64,000 nucleotides of DNA from Phoronis australis (Eukaryota; Animalia; Phoronida), in the NCBI GenBank assembly GCA_002633005.1, contig NMRA01000398.1, positions 257,202 to 321,201 on the forward strand, written 5' to 3'. Below are positions 13,380-26,385 of the stretch, in pieces; position 1 is the stretch's first letter, and each line of letters starts with the position of its first letter. The position numbers and the translations under genes are program-made. Under the pieces are notes generated by a model. It saw nothing but the letters and a program-made list of their open reading frames with translations, ran no database searches and was not told the DNA's origin.

Positions 13380-15690
13380 CGCTGCCGACGTTGCGGAGCT
13401 GCGTACATGTGGCTCGCTCTACTGGTCTAAGCTCCGCAATGAAAAGGACACTACTTACAGACGGTGAAAGGGAGGGCAGTGGACAACGGGGTTCTTGGTT
13501 TTAATTGAAAACCAGTGGCCGGTTGTATGAAACATTTACAAATAGGGACTCAACTAAGGTCCCTACGGCTTTTTGCGTATTGGTGTCTTAATGGATGTAA
13601 AATATTCGGGGAATCCAATTGAGGTTTACTGCAGGTGCCATCACTACAGACTGGATCAAGCTGGAAAGAGGCATAATAACTGGATGTACCATCTCTCCTA
13701 CTCTGTTCATCATGGGGATGAATTTTCTGATAAAGGCCGGAAAAGGGATTGTAGGGGTCCCAGGCTAGAATCCGATATCGTGGTAACTGTAATTTGAGCA
13801 ATTATGGACGACTGGCAATAACTAGGGTGACGCATGTGCAAGCTCGGTGGGTTTTGTCAGCACTACAGGACGTTGCAACGTGGGCTCGTATGAAGTTTAA
13901 GCCCAGGTATTCGAGACTTCTGATTATGAGAGGTGGAAAAGTGGTCAACAGATTCACCTTGACCATTCGAGGCCAAGAAATTCCATCGATTGTTAACAAC
14001 CCCATCAAGTGCCTAGGTAAATGGTACGGTGATCTCCTGTGCGACAAGAACAACATCAGGCAGATGGAGACCGAGGTGACAGAGTTGTTGAAGAGAATAG
14101 AGGAAAGTGGTCTTCCTGGCAAGTAAAAAGCGGGGATTTACGAGCACGGTCTGTAACCTTGAGCAACGTGGGGTCATATGCTGTATGACATCCCGATATC
14201 GGCAGTGGAGTGCCTGGAGAGATCAGTAAGCGAGTTGCTGAGGAAGTGGTTGGGAGTCCCAAAAAGCTTTGCACAGGTTGGTCTTGATAGCAGGACAACA
14301 GAGCTTCAGCTGCCACTAGCACCAATTACGGAGGAGTTTAAGGTAGGAAAGCGCATTCTGGTACTCACATTACGCGACTCCGGAGATCCGAAGGTGAGGA
14401 AGGTACTGTAGGTGTCATGACGAGATAAGGTAGACGGCGGTCAGCAGACATATCTGTGAGCCAGGCGGAGAGTTTGTTACAGATCAGAGATATAATCGGG
14501 AGCACCTGCGTAGGACACCAGGGGTTGAGGACATCTCAGTTCCAACAGTTGCAGAAGGCGAGTGAAAGGCAGCCGAGGGAGATGGTCCAAGCTGAGGTGA
14601 GAGCAGCAGAGGAGGAAGCCCGGAAAGCCAAGGCAGTCCAACTGAGCCAGCAGGGAGCATGGACCAGGTGGATTCTTCCAGAGATGAAGATATTGTGGGC
14701 AGAAATGTGAAGAATGGAGCCCATGCGTGTCCAGTTTTTAATTCGCTCGGTTTACGACGTGTTACCATCGCCTTCGAACCTTCTTTGCTGGGGCCTAGTT
14801 GATGACACAGCCTGCCATTTGTGTGGAGGAAGAGGTACATTGGCCCATATATTATCAGGGTGCAAGATGGCACTGCAGCAGAGCCGATACAGATGGCGTC
14901 ACGACCAAGTACTGTAGAACCATGCAGACATTATACATGGTGAGCGTAAGACAAGAGCAACGCAGCCTAGGTCAAGCAGCCAACACATTCAATGTGTCAG
15001 GGCAGGTGAGATACGGAAGAAATCGCGTCAGCAGCCTTGCATACTGTATGGAGTAAGCTGGGAATTGAGAGTAATCTTGGAAGACAGCTTGTGTTTCCGA
15101 GTATTGTTGAAACATCACTGCGCCTGACATCATTCTGTGGTCGGATATTCATCAGTGGATAGTGATTATAGAGCTTACGGTGCCTTGGGAGGAAGGTTGC
15201 GAAGAGGCCCATGAGAACAAGTTATCTAAGTATAGCGAACTGACCCGGACATGCAGAGCTCGGGGCTGGCGGACGTGGTTGTGTCTTGCAGAAGCGGGAT
15301 GTAGATGATTCCCTGCAAGATCTGTATGGTGGTTGCTGGAGAGGCTCGGTGTTTCCAGGGGGAAGGAAGAAAGCTGCAGTGAGAAGACTGGGAGGGGCAT
15401 CTGAGAGGACATATTTTTGGCTGTGGTATCGTCGGAATGAAAGAAGTTGGAGGCCTCAGTGATGCACAGTGGGTTGGCCGCCACTGTGGACCCACCAGTG
15501 GAGACCGTTATGGTTTAGGGCCGAAACGAGCCAAGGAAGTTGGATGCCATCTGACGACATCAAGCTACGCCTTCAACTAGTTGGTGTTCGGCGAGAGGAG
15601 GAGGATCCTGGCTCAGCTGTTACGAAGAAGGGGCGACAGGACGTCAGACTGCATAGAAGCCTGACAACTATTGAGGCAGATAACATCACT
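13380..15690 (+). mobile_element. Hero-type (R2 group, restriction-like endonuclease) non-LTR retrotransposon, decayed, in intron 1 of ENaC copy 2
   Basis: RT motifs GIITGCTIS and AIMDD (~13660-13810), WARMKFKP, IKCLGKWY. Zinc knuckle CHLC..HILSGC..RYRWRHDQVL. RLE motif RPDIILWS..IELTVPWE. Many stops. Boundaries approximate. Confidence 0.85.
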
Positions 15691-16530
15691 TAAGTACATA
15701 TATCTATCATTTCATCTTCATTATGAGCTCCTCTTTGATAACTGACACGTTCTAACAATATAACTACACATTGAGCCCAGTGTTCATTGAAAATTAATGG
15801 GCATTCAGTCCAGGGATGTTGCATGAAAAAATTCCAAAATATTTTCGATAATTGACAAATCAAAATCACTCTCGATTTGTATCAAAGTCAAAAGTTTACT
15901 TAGAAATTAAACTAAAACAATACAAGAAAGTGCAATCGATGTTTTCACATGTCCACAATTACGCAGTAGATTTGGGGACCTTAGTTGAGTCCCTATTCGG
16001 GACTGTTTCATGCAACCGGCGACTGGAACCCTCTTTTAATACGTCTGGAAGCAAAGCAGTGGTCTGAAGGTGCCTATAACTGTCGATAGAGGGCGAGATG
16101 GTATTTGTAGCGCCAAACACTTATCAATCCAATAAGAGATAGTCATGCTGCACTGCAATGTCAAAAATCTTAATTGCAGTAAATTTCGTAAGTTGTACTT
16201 TACCTTTTTTAGCACAACTTAATCTGTAATTTAATATTGTTTAGAACTAACCAGTATTGTTACGAAGATTATATCGCTTAATCGCCAACAAATCACCAAG
16301 AAACACACGCAACGGCATTTTTTGTCTCCACAGTTGTTGCAGTGCCGGTTTCTTCCACTAAAATGGTCGCCTGTAACATTACATGTATACTCCACAAATT
16401 TGTAGATGTACATTGAGATCACGCCAATGGGGGCGATTTGTCTTCACGGTATTCCTGTTCGAAGTTTACGGCTTTGGCTTGACTAACTGTCACTAGAAAG
16501 ACTTAAATTTGACGTGATTTGCCCTTCTAG

Positions 16531-17866
16531 GTAGTGCTGCTTCTCTGCAGTCTCACAACAGCAACAGTCAATGTGGTGTTGTCTATCAAAAGCTACTACA
16601 GTTATCCATACCACCAAACGGGGGCGAAGATATACACAGCTGACAAGCCGTTCCCCAGCGTTTCAGTGTGCAATATGGCTCCCGCCACATTGGAACAGTT
16701 GGATATTGTTGCCGCAAAATGTTCATCTGTCATCACTAAGTGTCTATCGCATGACTATGGAAAGTACTCCGAAAAAAATAAGAAATATGGAGGTTTTCCG
16801 ATTTTTTACGATAACGTTGACGGAATTGGTGACTACATGTGGAAAATGGATGATGTTATAATTGATTGCAACTATGACAGTAAAAAGTGCAATGTGAGCA
16901 AAATATCTGAGTTTTTGAATCCTTATTACGGACGATGTTTTACGTTCAACATGGACGACAATGGTATGAAGAAAACTGGAGACGAAAACGGACTCTCGCT
17001 TATCCTTTATTCTTACACTTATAATTTAAGTTTCGAACAACAGATTGACGAGTCAGTGACGTATCCCCCTTTGATAGATGCTAACTCTCACGGGCTCAGA
17101 GTAATTGTGCATAATGAAGGAGAGTTTGTAAATCCGTCCGTGAATTCCCTAAAAATAGCCCCTGGATTTTCCACGTCCATTTCGGTTCACCCTGTCAAAA
17201 CAAGGCGACTTGGCCCCCCGTTTGAATCTAATTGTACAGAGAAAAAACATTCTAATTCTAAAGGAAATTGTCTCCGTGTTTGTGAACAGTCGCAAGTGGT
17301 CGATAGATGTCATTGCAAAGATTCCGATCTGCCGATCCACCAGTACCCTTTAGTGCCGTTCTGCGGCAATGTTACGGCTATCGAAAATTGTACTTACGAA
17401 AAGTGGTCGAGCCAAGTAGATTGTATGTTGAGTGCAAAGACCGAATTCAAATTGAAGCACCACCAACACTGCGACTGCCAGGAAGCTTGTGAAGAATACA
17501 GCTTTAGGTTAACCCAATCTGCGTCAATTTGGCCCAACGACTACTCACCGGCGGCATTTTATAGGAAGTATGTTGAAAATAAGACTTCATCCGTTGCCTA
17601 TGAGGAGCTGTCCAAATACACTNCAAGTGAGTGTTTTCTTCAATAACGACGAACTGGAAGTGATTGCCGAGACGCCTAAGTATCGCAATTGGACGTGGAG
17701 CTTGCTGTCGGAAATCGGAGGCCATTTGGGGTTTTGGTGTGGCGTTTCTATTCTAACATTTACTGATGCCATATTTTTCGGATTGAACGCCATGCTCAGT
17801 AGGCAAAAATCAAGCAGAGTCAATCATGATGCCAATCTAACACACATTCAGAATGCTGAAAATTGA
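16531..17866 (+). CDS. DEG/ENaC channel copy 2, exon 2 (probably intact; N gap at 17623)
   Basis: Acceptor gcccttctag|GTA. Open frame through the whole ectodomain to the N at 17623, then QVSVFFNNDE..LLSEIGGHLGFWCGVSILT to TGA at 17866. Alignment to copy 3 implies the N replaces 45 nt. Confidence 0.85.
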
Positions 17867-19250
17867 AGCAGTCAATCATCTCCATGTAATATGATTTCGT
17901 ACAATGTAGAACAAATCTACGTCATAATATTTTGCAAATTGTGAGGAGGTTAGCATAACATTCCGATGTAGTAAGGTAATGCTCGTTGGATATAACGAGT
18001 TCAAATTTTGAGAAGCAGTTTTCTCCACTGAGTAAAGGGCATAAAACTGGTTCGCAACATACATGTACGGCCACGTTACATTCGACTATTGCCCATTGCT
18101 ATTTTGTACCTGTATGCATTTATATGCAAAAACGAGGCTACTATAGTTGGACAGTGAGGGCGCAGAAGTTAGATCAATATGAACATGCATGTATAAGTCG
18201 ATACCCCTCCCTGGTACTCGTTACGCGCACTGTAAAAGGGGGTCAATTTCAAATTTACCGCTGTAGAACTGGTCTTATTGACCATGTTTTACTTGCTGGA
18301 TATCCTAACACTGATTTATAAAATATCAATAACCGTCAATTTTAAAATTTCGTCGATGCGCTATTCAGCCTGCACCTAAAACCAAGTAATCACTAACCCT
18401 ACGAAGCCCAACGACTTGACGGCATCTCTAACAGGTCATATTTATTGTGCAGCTACGGGAAAACCCCAAATTTTCTAGCGATAGTCGATTTATTCCAGCA
18501 TATCTGACCACTTTCCTAGGTTTATCTCCACAAATGTCATTTACTAACCACAATTCCCAAAAACAAGTCAGAACACAAGTGTACATGTATAGCAAGGAGC
18601 GCGAATTTTTAATGAACTCAAGGCATTGATTTAGACTCATATTTTAAGTCAATGACCGCCCTCAAACCGACACGAAATATTCAACGATATCAAATGTCAT
18701 CATTAAGTTACATCAAAACATTTCCCCTACACAGGCACCCGAGTCAACAAATAAAACATAAAATTAACTCATGGATAGCCTAAGGTCTTCTGATTTCAAT
18801 AAAAATCAATATATATTATTTGAAAAAATAGAACTTACATCTACAACTTGTCCTCTACCAGACGAATGGAAAATGAAATTTAGTACCTACAGTGAAACTT
18901 TGAAGTTACTTATTCATACTCCTAATAAACATAAATTTCGCAATTGTCCACAAGATTCCAGAGAGACGCGGAGTGCGATCAAGTATATTTTCAAGCAACA
19001 GTTCCATCTATATTCATCTTAAAAATACTGACCCACGACCTGTAACAATAAAGGTGTTTTTGAGATTTTTCCCATAAGACATACCTACACGCGAGTCTGC
19101 TCTGGCGCAAATCTGGTGATTAAAAAAAGAAAGTGGCGTGAGAACGTGATCTGAAATAGTGCATTATGAGCGCGCTATCGTTGTTACGGAAATACTTCCA
19201 CGAGCGACTTCCAGAGAGAGTTAACTTGAATGTACATACATTCCTTTTTT

Positions 19251-20108
19251 ATTATTGGTGACAAATAAAACAACAAGAATAATATATATTTCAAGTTGTA
19301 TTGGAAATTTCAGGGACACAACTCTACAAATAAATATTTCACAGAAAGAACCAGTTGGGCTCCTTAACTACGAGAGATAACACACACATTTCCGATACCC
19401 AAAGTGTAATTGGACATCGGATACTAAGTGGCACAGCTTAGCATAGTACCAATTTGGTACATACATGTAATACCAAATGGGTATTGACCGATTGCTACTA
19501 ACTGGGTCGAGCAAAACGGCAAATTCAATAACAAGTACAAAGTGGGTACAAACTGCCAAATGGGCAAATATCATATAAAGTACCAAGTGGGTACACGAAA
19601 CAGCCAGCCGGGCTTTCATAACCTGCAAAGCAGGTTTCGGACAAGCGGAGTGAGCAGACCAGCCGGAGTGATAAAGAAAGATATCGTAAGGAACGTGGTG
19701 TTGTGGCTCAGTATGTGCCGAGAGCTGTGACCAGGGTCGCTAGCCAATGACGTCGGTTTTTACAAGACTGTAACACGCTCCGGGCTTAAAGAAGGTACCA
19801 GCAGTGACTGTAAAAACACCAATAACCAACAGTAGGGAGGGAGCTTGGGAAAGGTATCAACCGATTTACTTGAGATATTGTAGTACCCAGGGAAGGGAGG
19901 ATGGGAGAGGTATAAAATTGTCTAATTAGGAAAACCTACAAGTGAATGTACTGTTGCTTGAGGCTGGGCAAACAGGATGCTGGAGAGAAAGAACAGACAG
20001 CGCTACCATCGGACTTGGTAGTAACTAACTAGGAGTTGGATATGAAGCATTAAGGGCTGTATAATGGTATTTGCCCAAATACTAGCATTTATGTCAGAGC
20101 GTCATAAA
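19251..20108. mobile_element. Short copy of a hairpin-ended dispersed element (family A)
   Basis: Ends align with 44386-45042 in the same orientation and with both ends of 24881-29633 in the opposite orientation. Internal TACC(C)A(A/T)TGGGTA subrepeats. Confidence 0.8.
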
Positions 20109-21089
20109 ATTTGGGCCGTGGGTTCGAGGGCTTGTGGGTCGAGTGGGTAATGGGTCGAGGGGGTCATAGGGGTTTATAACTATCCTTTTAATAGCTCACT
20201 TGCCAGTTTCTTGTTAGTTAATGTGACCTCACCAGAAGTGGGGCACAACCAGCCATATTGCTCTTGTTTTGCCCCGAGTCTTTGCTACACACGCTAAATC
20301 TTACTGGAGTTCTTATGGTGATTTTTACGCTGAAAACGTTAACACAACTTAAGAGGTGGTAGATGGATGTTGGAATAACTGTGAATGGACGAAGAAAATG
20401 TGACTTTGTTATGTTGTGCGAAGAGGGCGATGAAATTTGAACTCAACCCGGTCTAGGCCTGAATGCCTCAAGCATGCAGGGGCGATAGTGTATCCCCATA
20501 AAAAGTTACTCACTTCAAAATACAGCTAATAAAATCAAATGAGCATGCAGATTTACACATGGAGTTATAATTAACGCATACCCTGAATCTGGACACACTT
20601 TAGTCTACAAATAACTTGAACATATCCATGAGAACCTCGCGGTTCGCTCGCGTTTCTCTCACTTATTGTCATTCTGAGGAAATTACGTGAAATCACGCCT
20701 GTTGACGAACAAAAAGTCCCAGGGAAACAAATCTTACAAATTTCACTTGATATTTTTTCACATGCTATTTTGCAAGTGTCACACGCCAGGTCACGCGCCA
20801 TGTCTCGTGCTTAACTCAGTCTCGCGCTAGCCTTTGCCTCATACTCACCGGATTCAGTTGAAATCCTTTTTGATTATCGCGCGCGCGGTCAAAGTTGTAA
20901 CAGTAACCACAAGGTGGAGTTGGAATTCTTCGCCAAAGTCACATTAATTCCCGTAGCTAGGCTTCATCGAAGATATGCTTGGAATCAGAAAGAATCATTG
21001 AAGAAGTAAGCGAAGTTTAGGTGATAATATTACGTGTAGAATGTACAATGTATTTTAATGAGGTGAAAACTTAATCACTGATCAGATTT

Positions 21090-21358
21090 CGCCTATCGCC
21101 CGTTCAAAATGCACTGGACGAAATTAGCACGGAACGCAATAGAACGTATTTTAGTGTGAATCTGAATTTCATTTGTCATAACAGCATTACTTGTTTGGCA
21201 TTTTTGAACTAAACGGCTAAAAACTCGAAGAAAATAACAGAATACACTCTGCAAATGGCAAATGGCCAAACGACTAGCTTTTTCCCCACTTCCCGTGACG
21301 TCACAGTCAATTCTCACATAATCTCGCGTTATTGTTATAAATTTGCAAAAGGCCTATT
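21090..21358 (-). mobile_element. Possible DNA-transposon end with a decayed THAP-like N-terminus
   Basis: Minus strand near 21200-21130 reads MPNK*CCYDK*NSDSH*NTFYCVP, resembling a THAP start. A terminal-like AATAGGCCTTTT lies at ~21358. Confidence 0.3.
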
Positions 21359-21489
21359 CACTTTTCATGATGGCGTTAACATCCGACTGATTTTTGTCAT
21401 ACACATGTCAATGTAAGTACACCCATGTGTAAAGCAGCACTCAGGTGTATAAATTCAGCACCTCTAGAGGTGATTCAAATATATTTTTC

Positions 21490-24400
21490 AGATATTTATT
21501 AGCATTAATGAACAAGAACAAAAACTAAGTCATAGATCCATTCACGCATGCACAACTGCAGGGAGACCATTGTAGTACCTCATATAAAGTATACAACTGC
21601 TCCACGGAGTTAACGTGAACAATAAATTTTTCTCATTTTCTAGAGAAGCTGTCTTACACAAACTTTTTACATCAAATTAGTTTTTCTTTACTATAGTACT
21701 CATAACTATATGTAACACACTTGTGAATATTCAGTATATTTTTGTGATATCTTTCTTTGCAAATGTTCTGTTTGACTGGTATTAGCAAAATGTTAAATAA
21801 AAAATCATGTGTCTCATCAGGTCCAAGAATAACGCCTTTGTAAGGGAGACAGTTGGGAAGGTGAGTGAGATACTTGACGTTTAAAGTAGTTTTCGGAATT
21901 CTTTCCAAAAATCTTGTACAGGGCGACATTTCCAAAAACGTGAAAACGTCTCTGGAGCTTTGTTACACAAGGAACATAAATCAGAATCCCGAACTTGGGT
22001 TTTGACTAAGAAGTATTTGTTGCAATAATCTTGTTCTAAATTGGAACCATCTGTTGTTGGGATCCTTTGTAATGTCATAAGACAATTCGTATATTTTCTT
22101 CCAATCTAAATCTATTTTGCATTTTTACTCTGACTTTGAAGGTTACCTAATGTCGTTAAATATAGGTCAAACATTTCTTCAACTTTTCACATTTTTCGGT
22201 AAGTGTGTAATTGCTAAAAGCATGCAATGAGAGTAGGCATTAACACTATTAATTCTAATATGAAATAGATTTTATTGAAACCTTGTTAGAAAAGAAACAA
22301 CACCATAATAATCTAGAATATTGGTTTTTACATCGAACACATTTGTCATGTGGTGTAAACTAACGAAATCGCCATGAGAGTTGTACATATCTCTGATAAA
22401 TTTAAAGCCTTTTACAAACCAAGATTTGCGAAAAACACTTCTGTCTCTGATCCCAACCATTAAACCAAAAGGTTGATTCAAAACGTCTTCTATATTCGCA
22501 ACAATTATTTTCTTATAGAAAGATGTCATACTTCCAAATATGTCTCCCCCATAGGAATTATCAATTACAGTTAACTTTGACTTAATACAGTCTTTTCCAA
22601 ATAAAGCAAAATTCTTAAAGAATGGGTAGAGTAAGTATAGTAACTGACCATTTTAAATGCAACGCTTTCAAGATATCTACGGGCATGGCGGGTTATCATT
22701 ACGAGCCTGCCATACAAATCTATAGAATATCGTATTAAATTACTACAAAACTTTTACTGTTGGATTTGATAAACTTGACAACAAAAACGAAGCTTAGAAA
22801 TAACTAGCATTTTAATTACAATTACCCTACCAGACAGCGTGAAATTTCGTCGACTCCTACTTTTTAATAATGACTTAATCTCAGTCATCCTTGCAGTGAA
22901 GGTGTTATGAGTCATACTATCCAATACATTGAGTGTCAAAATCCAACTCAAAAATTTAAAAGATTCTTTGTCCGAGGCATATTTTTTCACGTCATCACTA
23001 CCACTTTTAGTTCCAAACTATATGGCTTTTGTTTTATCCACATTCACTTGGAGACCGGAGACACTAGCAAACAAACAGATGTAATACAATCAATACGCTA
23101 GGCAATGACAAGTTAATCTTATCCAAAGTAATTGATGTCTCTTCAGGATAGTGCGAAATTCCTTATTTCCTGCAACTACACAAGCAATATTTTTATTCTT
23201 GATTAAATACATCACAATATCAAAATATAGGGGACAAAGAGTCATCTTGTCTGCAGCCACGTGAAATATCAAGCCAGGAAGACGGTTGACCATTTACGAC
23301 AACACACGAAATAAAATTACCACAAAAGACTTTTACCCGCCTTCGGATCGACCAACCAAAATTAAGGAAAGGTAAAGTTTTTTTAATAAAATTCCATGAC
23401 AATGAATCAAGCGCTTTCTCAAAATCGATCAGTAAGAGCAATGCTGGCTATGAGCTGACAGGGCATGAAATAATAAATCACATAGCACGAGAAATCCAGA
23501 AATAAACCTTTCTGGTCCTTACTGATTATTTTTCCCAAAACGGATTTTACCCGTGCAGCCATATCAGAAAAATCCAGTTTATACATGTATGTCACAATGA
23601 GTAAGGGTATGGGATTCGAGTTTTTAAATAATATCATTGTTTTTATCTGCTATTTTAGGGATGCATATAATCACTCCTTCTTTCTGTGTTGGTGATAGCA
23701 GACTAACAGCAAAACCAGTATAAGTGAGCGAACGACAAAATGTCCAATGTCAGCCAAAAAAATTCAGAAAGTCCATTGACAAACCATCGGAGTCTGGCTC
23801 TTGTTGATATTCATTTTTTCAAGCATGGTGTGACTTCTTGATATGTAATAAGACCTTTTTTCTGTCTCAATCAGTTTGAAGACACACACTTTTTCAAGAA
23901 AACTTTCTAAAGCAGTATTTTTAGAATGTGTGTATTTCGATAGATTTTCATAAAAAGTCTTGTATTGTGCGTAACCTCTGCTTCACTATTGGTTTAGTCA
24001 ACTTTTCATTTATTTCTGCAATGCCTTTTTTCCAAATGAAGAGAATATTACCCTCTTCAATCCATTTTGCTCTCGACCTGGTAATAACACTCATAACTTA
24101 TTCTACCCCAGCTCGGCAAGTTGATTATATTTGTTTAAATATTCCCCTATCAAGGCCTATACTTTTTCAAAAAAGCTGGAAGTAGCACTTAAAACAACGT
24201 CTCCATTGAATGATCGGACCGGTAACCAAATTCTATTATGCTAAAAGTTTTTCAGAAATTATAAAATACTCTAGTCCGGATCGTTTACTTCCACCTCCCC
24301 AAGTGTATTCTTAATTTTTGGGGTTCAGTTCGCTCCCGCCAAATATCAGCACTAGACAATTCTGTACAAATCTCCAGGAGCTTAATCCCTGACCTGGGGT

Positions 24401-24876
24401 TATTAACCTGTCGGTAATTAAGCGTGTCCGTAGACTGATCGAGAACAAAATTAAAATCGCCTCCCCAAATTACAGAGAAATTTCCTATATCTTGGATATA
24501 TTGTTTTATTTTTTTCAAAAAAGACGGCGAGCCCTAGTTGGACAATGATATTAATTAACGTTATTCTTGTCTCATTAACAGTATTATCCAAAATTAGTTT
24601 ATTACCATTGTAGTCTTGCCTAATGTTGTGTAGTTTATATTCAAAAGTATTATTAAAGAGGATCGCCACTCCACGGAAGTTTGCGGCATTTAAATTGAAA
24701 AACATATCTCCACATTGATCTGTCAATGTTTTCTTCTCTCGTAGTAAAAGGTGTGTTCTCTAGGCAATAAAGGGACATTGTTTTCCTCCTAAATGATTAA
24801 AAAAATCCTTTCGTTTTTCATGGACGCCCAGCTCTCTGCAATTCAACGATATTATTTTAAGATCAGCTGTCACCAT
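21490..24876 (-). mobile_element. Decayed L1/Tx1-type LINE ORF2 (APE-RT-zinc finger)
   Basis: ATG at 24876, then LKIISLNC, GVAILF, IWGGDFNFVLD, DIWR. RT motifs LLIDFEKALDSLSW and RGCRQDDSLSP, then LSGRVIVIK and C-terminal CSLCNKAPET..FWKC. Heavily frameshifted. The T-rich segment at ~29640-30100 may be its displaced inter-ORF spacer. Confidence 0.9.
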
Positions 24877-25434
24877 TATAATAATGAGATTTATGGCACT
24901 CTGACATAAATCCTATTATTTGGGCAAATAACATTAGACACCCCTTCATCCTTCATATCCAACTCCTAGTTAGTTCCTACCAAGTCCGATGGTAGCGCGG
25001 TTTGTTCTTTCTCTCCAGCTTCCTGTTGGCCCAGCCACAAGCAACTGTACGTTCAATCGTAAGTTTTCCTAATTAGCCAATTTTATACCTAGTAGACTCC
25101 TTCCTGTTTGTCGTTAATTGTCCTGGACACAAGTTACTTTCCGTATTTATTACTTTTAGCCACAGATGGCTTTCCTAACGGCCGATTTCTTTCGATTCTA
25201 ATATTCCTCAAACCGCCAAACCAATCCCTCGCTATGTCACGCGATTCCTTGTATAGGAAGTGTGTCATAGGTAACGCGTCACATGTTATGTAGTTGTGCG
25301 TATATATATATTGTTGTGATATGTAGAATAAATCAGTTCAGTGTTCAGTTCAAATCTGTTCGTTTCACAGCGTAGTTAATGGAGTGTCTACTTTATTTGA
25401 CAAAGTAAGACACACGACACTGGGTATACATGTA

Positions 25435-25665
25435 AGTGGGATATCTTGCGGCAATCCCCGTCTGCTTTGGTGGGGGAGACCCTGCGGCGAGATACAACGG
25501 TTATCAATGGGGCGGGTAGGACAGGGCCTACTATTCGGCCCAGTTCCCATTCTTTTATGAGTTTGTCCGAGTTACAAATATAGGTTTTTTGCTGTGGTGC
25601 GGTTTTTCGTGCCCATGTATTGTAACCTAAAGCTATTTTAAGCCTTGAACAAGTTGTGCAGCACA
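25435..25665 (-). pseudogene. DIRS/Ngaro-type reverse transcriptase N-terminal fragment
   Basis: LVQGLK..RLQYMG..AKNL and KLIKEWELGRIVGPVLPAPL..VVS..PTKADGDCRKISHL resemble the Ngaro RT consensus KE..LGRIAGPF..PP..VSP...PKK..G.FRLIHHL. Confidence 0.7.
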
Positions 25666-25977
25666 ATTGGGGTCTGGGTACTCATGTAGAATGCGTTTGA
25701 GTGCCATCGGTTTGACATTCGTGTGACCTAGGGTCCAGACGTACTGATAATTTGGGTGCATGGTGGATACTGGAATTACATAACACTAAACTACTAGGTA
25801 CTATTCCAACAGGACAGGAGGTAATATTATGTAACATATGGGATTTACAATGGTTGAGACCTAGAAGGGAATCTATCGCATGTAGGGGCGGAGACTGGTG
25901 TGGTAAAGCTCGAAAGCGCTGCGTCTCACACTGAAGTGTCCCGATATAGCCCACAACCATTTCGGTGGGTTTATCAG

Positions 25978-26385
25978 ATTAAAAAAAATAATAATAATAA
26001 AAAAATATATATATATATAAAAAACTTCGGCTCCCACTTCTATATTTTATTCGACTTCTCGAAAAAGTGCGGAAATACTGTACCTTACACTTTGAATATC
26101 TTATTTGTTGAGGCCTTTTCAAGTACTTCGCCTCTGGCCCCTATCGCGTACGAATGTTTATCTTCGCTTTTGACTCCCATAGTTCCTTCCGTTCAAAAAG
26201 AAAAAAAAAAAAAAAACAATGAAACAAAAATCAAAAACATCACAAAAAATTACAAAATAAACATATCAAAATAAGAAAAAATGAAACCTACACTGAATCA
26301 TTGCTAAAACTGAATAAATAATCCTTAAAAAAAAACAATCCAGAAAAAAAAAATAATACCTAATAATAATAATAAAAACTAATGA
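25978..26385. repeat. A/AT-rich low-complexity tract
   Basis: Long poly-A, (AAT)n and (TA)n runs. Confidence 0.7.

Noticed and set aside
15515-15565. GAAAC ... CTGACGA in the Hero 3' UTR as a hammerhead ribozyme
   Set aside because: I could not form the required flanking stems.
19368-19628. Similar short ORFs recurring at 19368, 29323 and 44503
   Set aside because: These are translations of the same non-coding repeat end, not a gene family.
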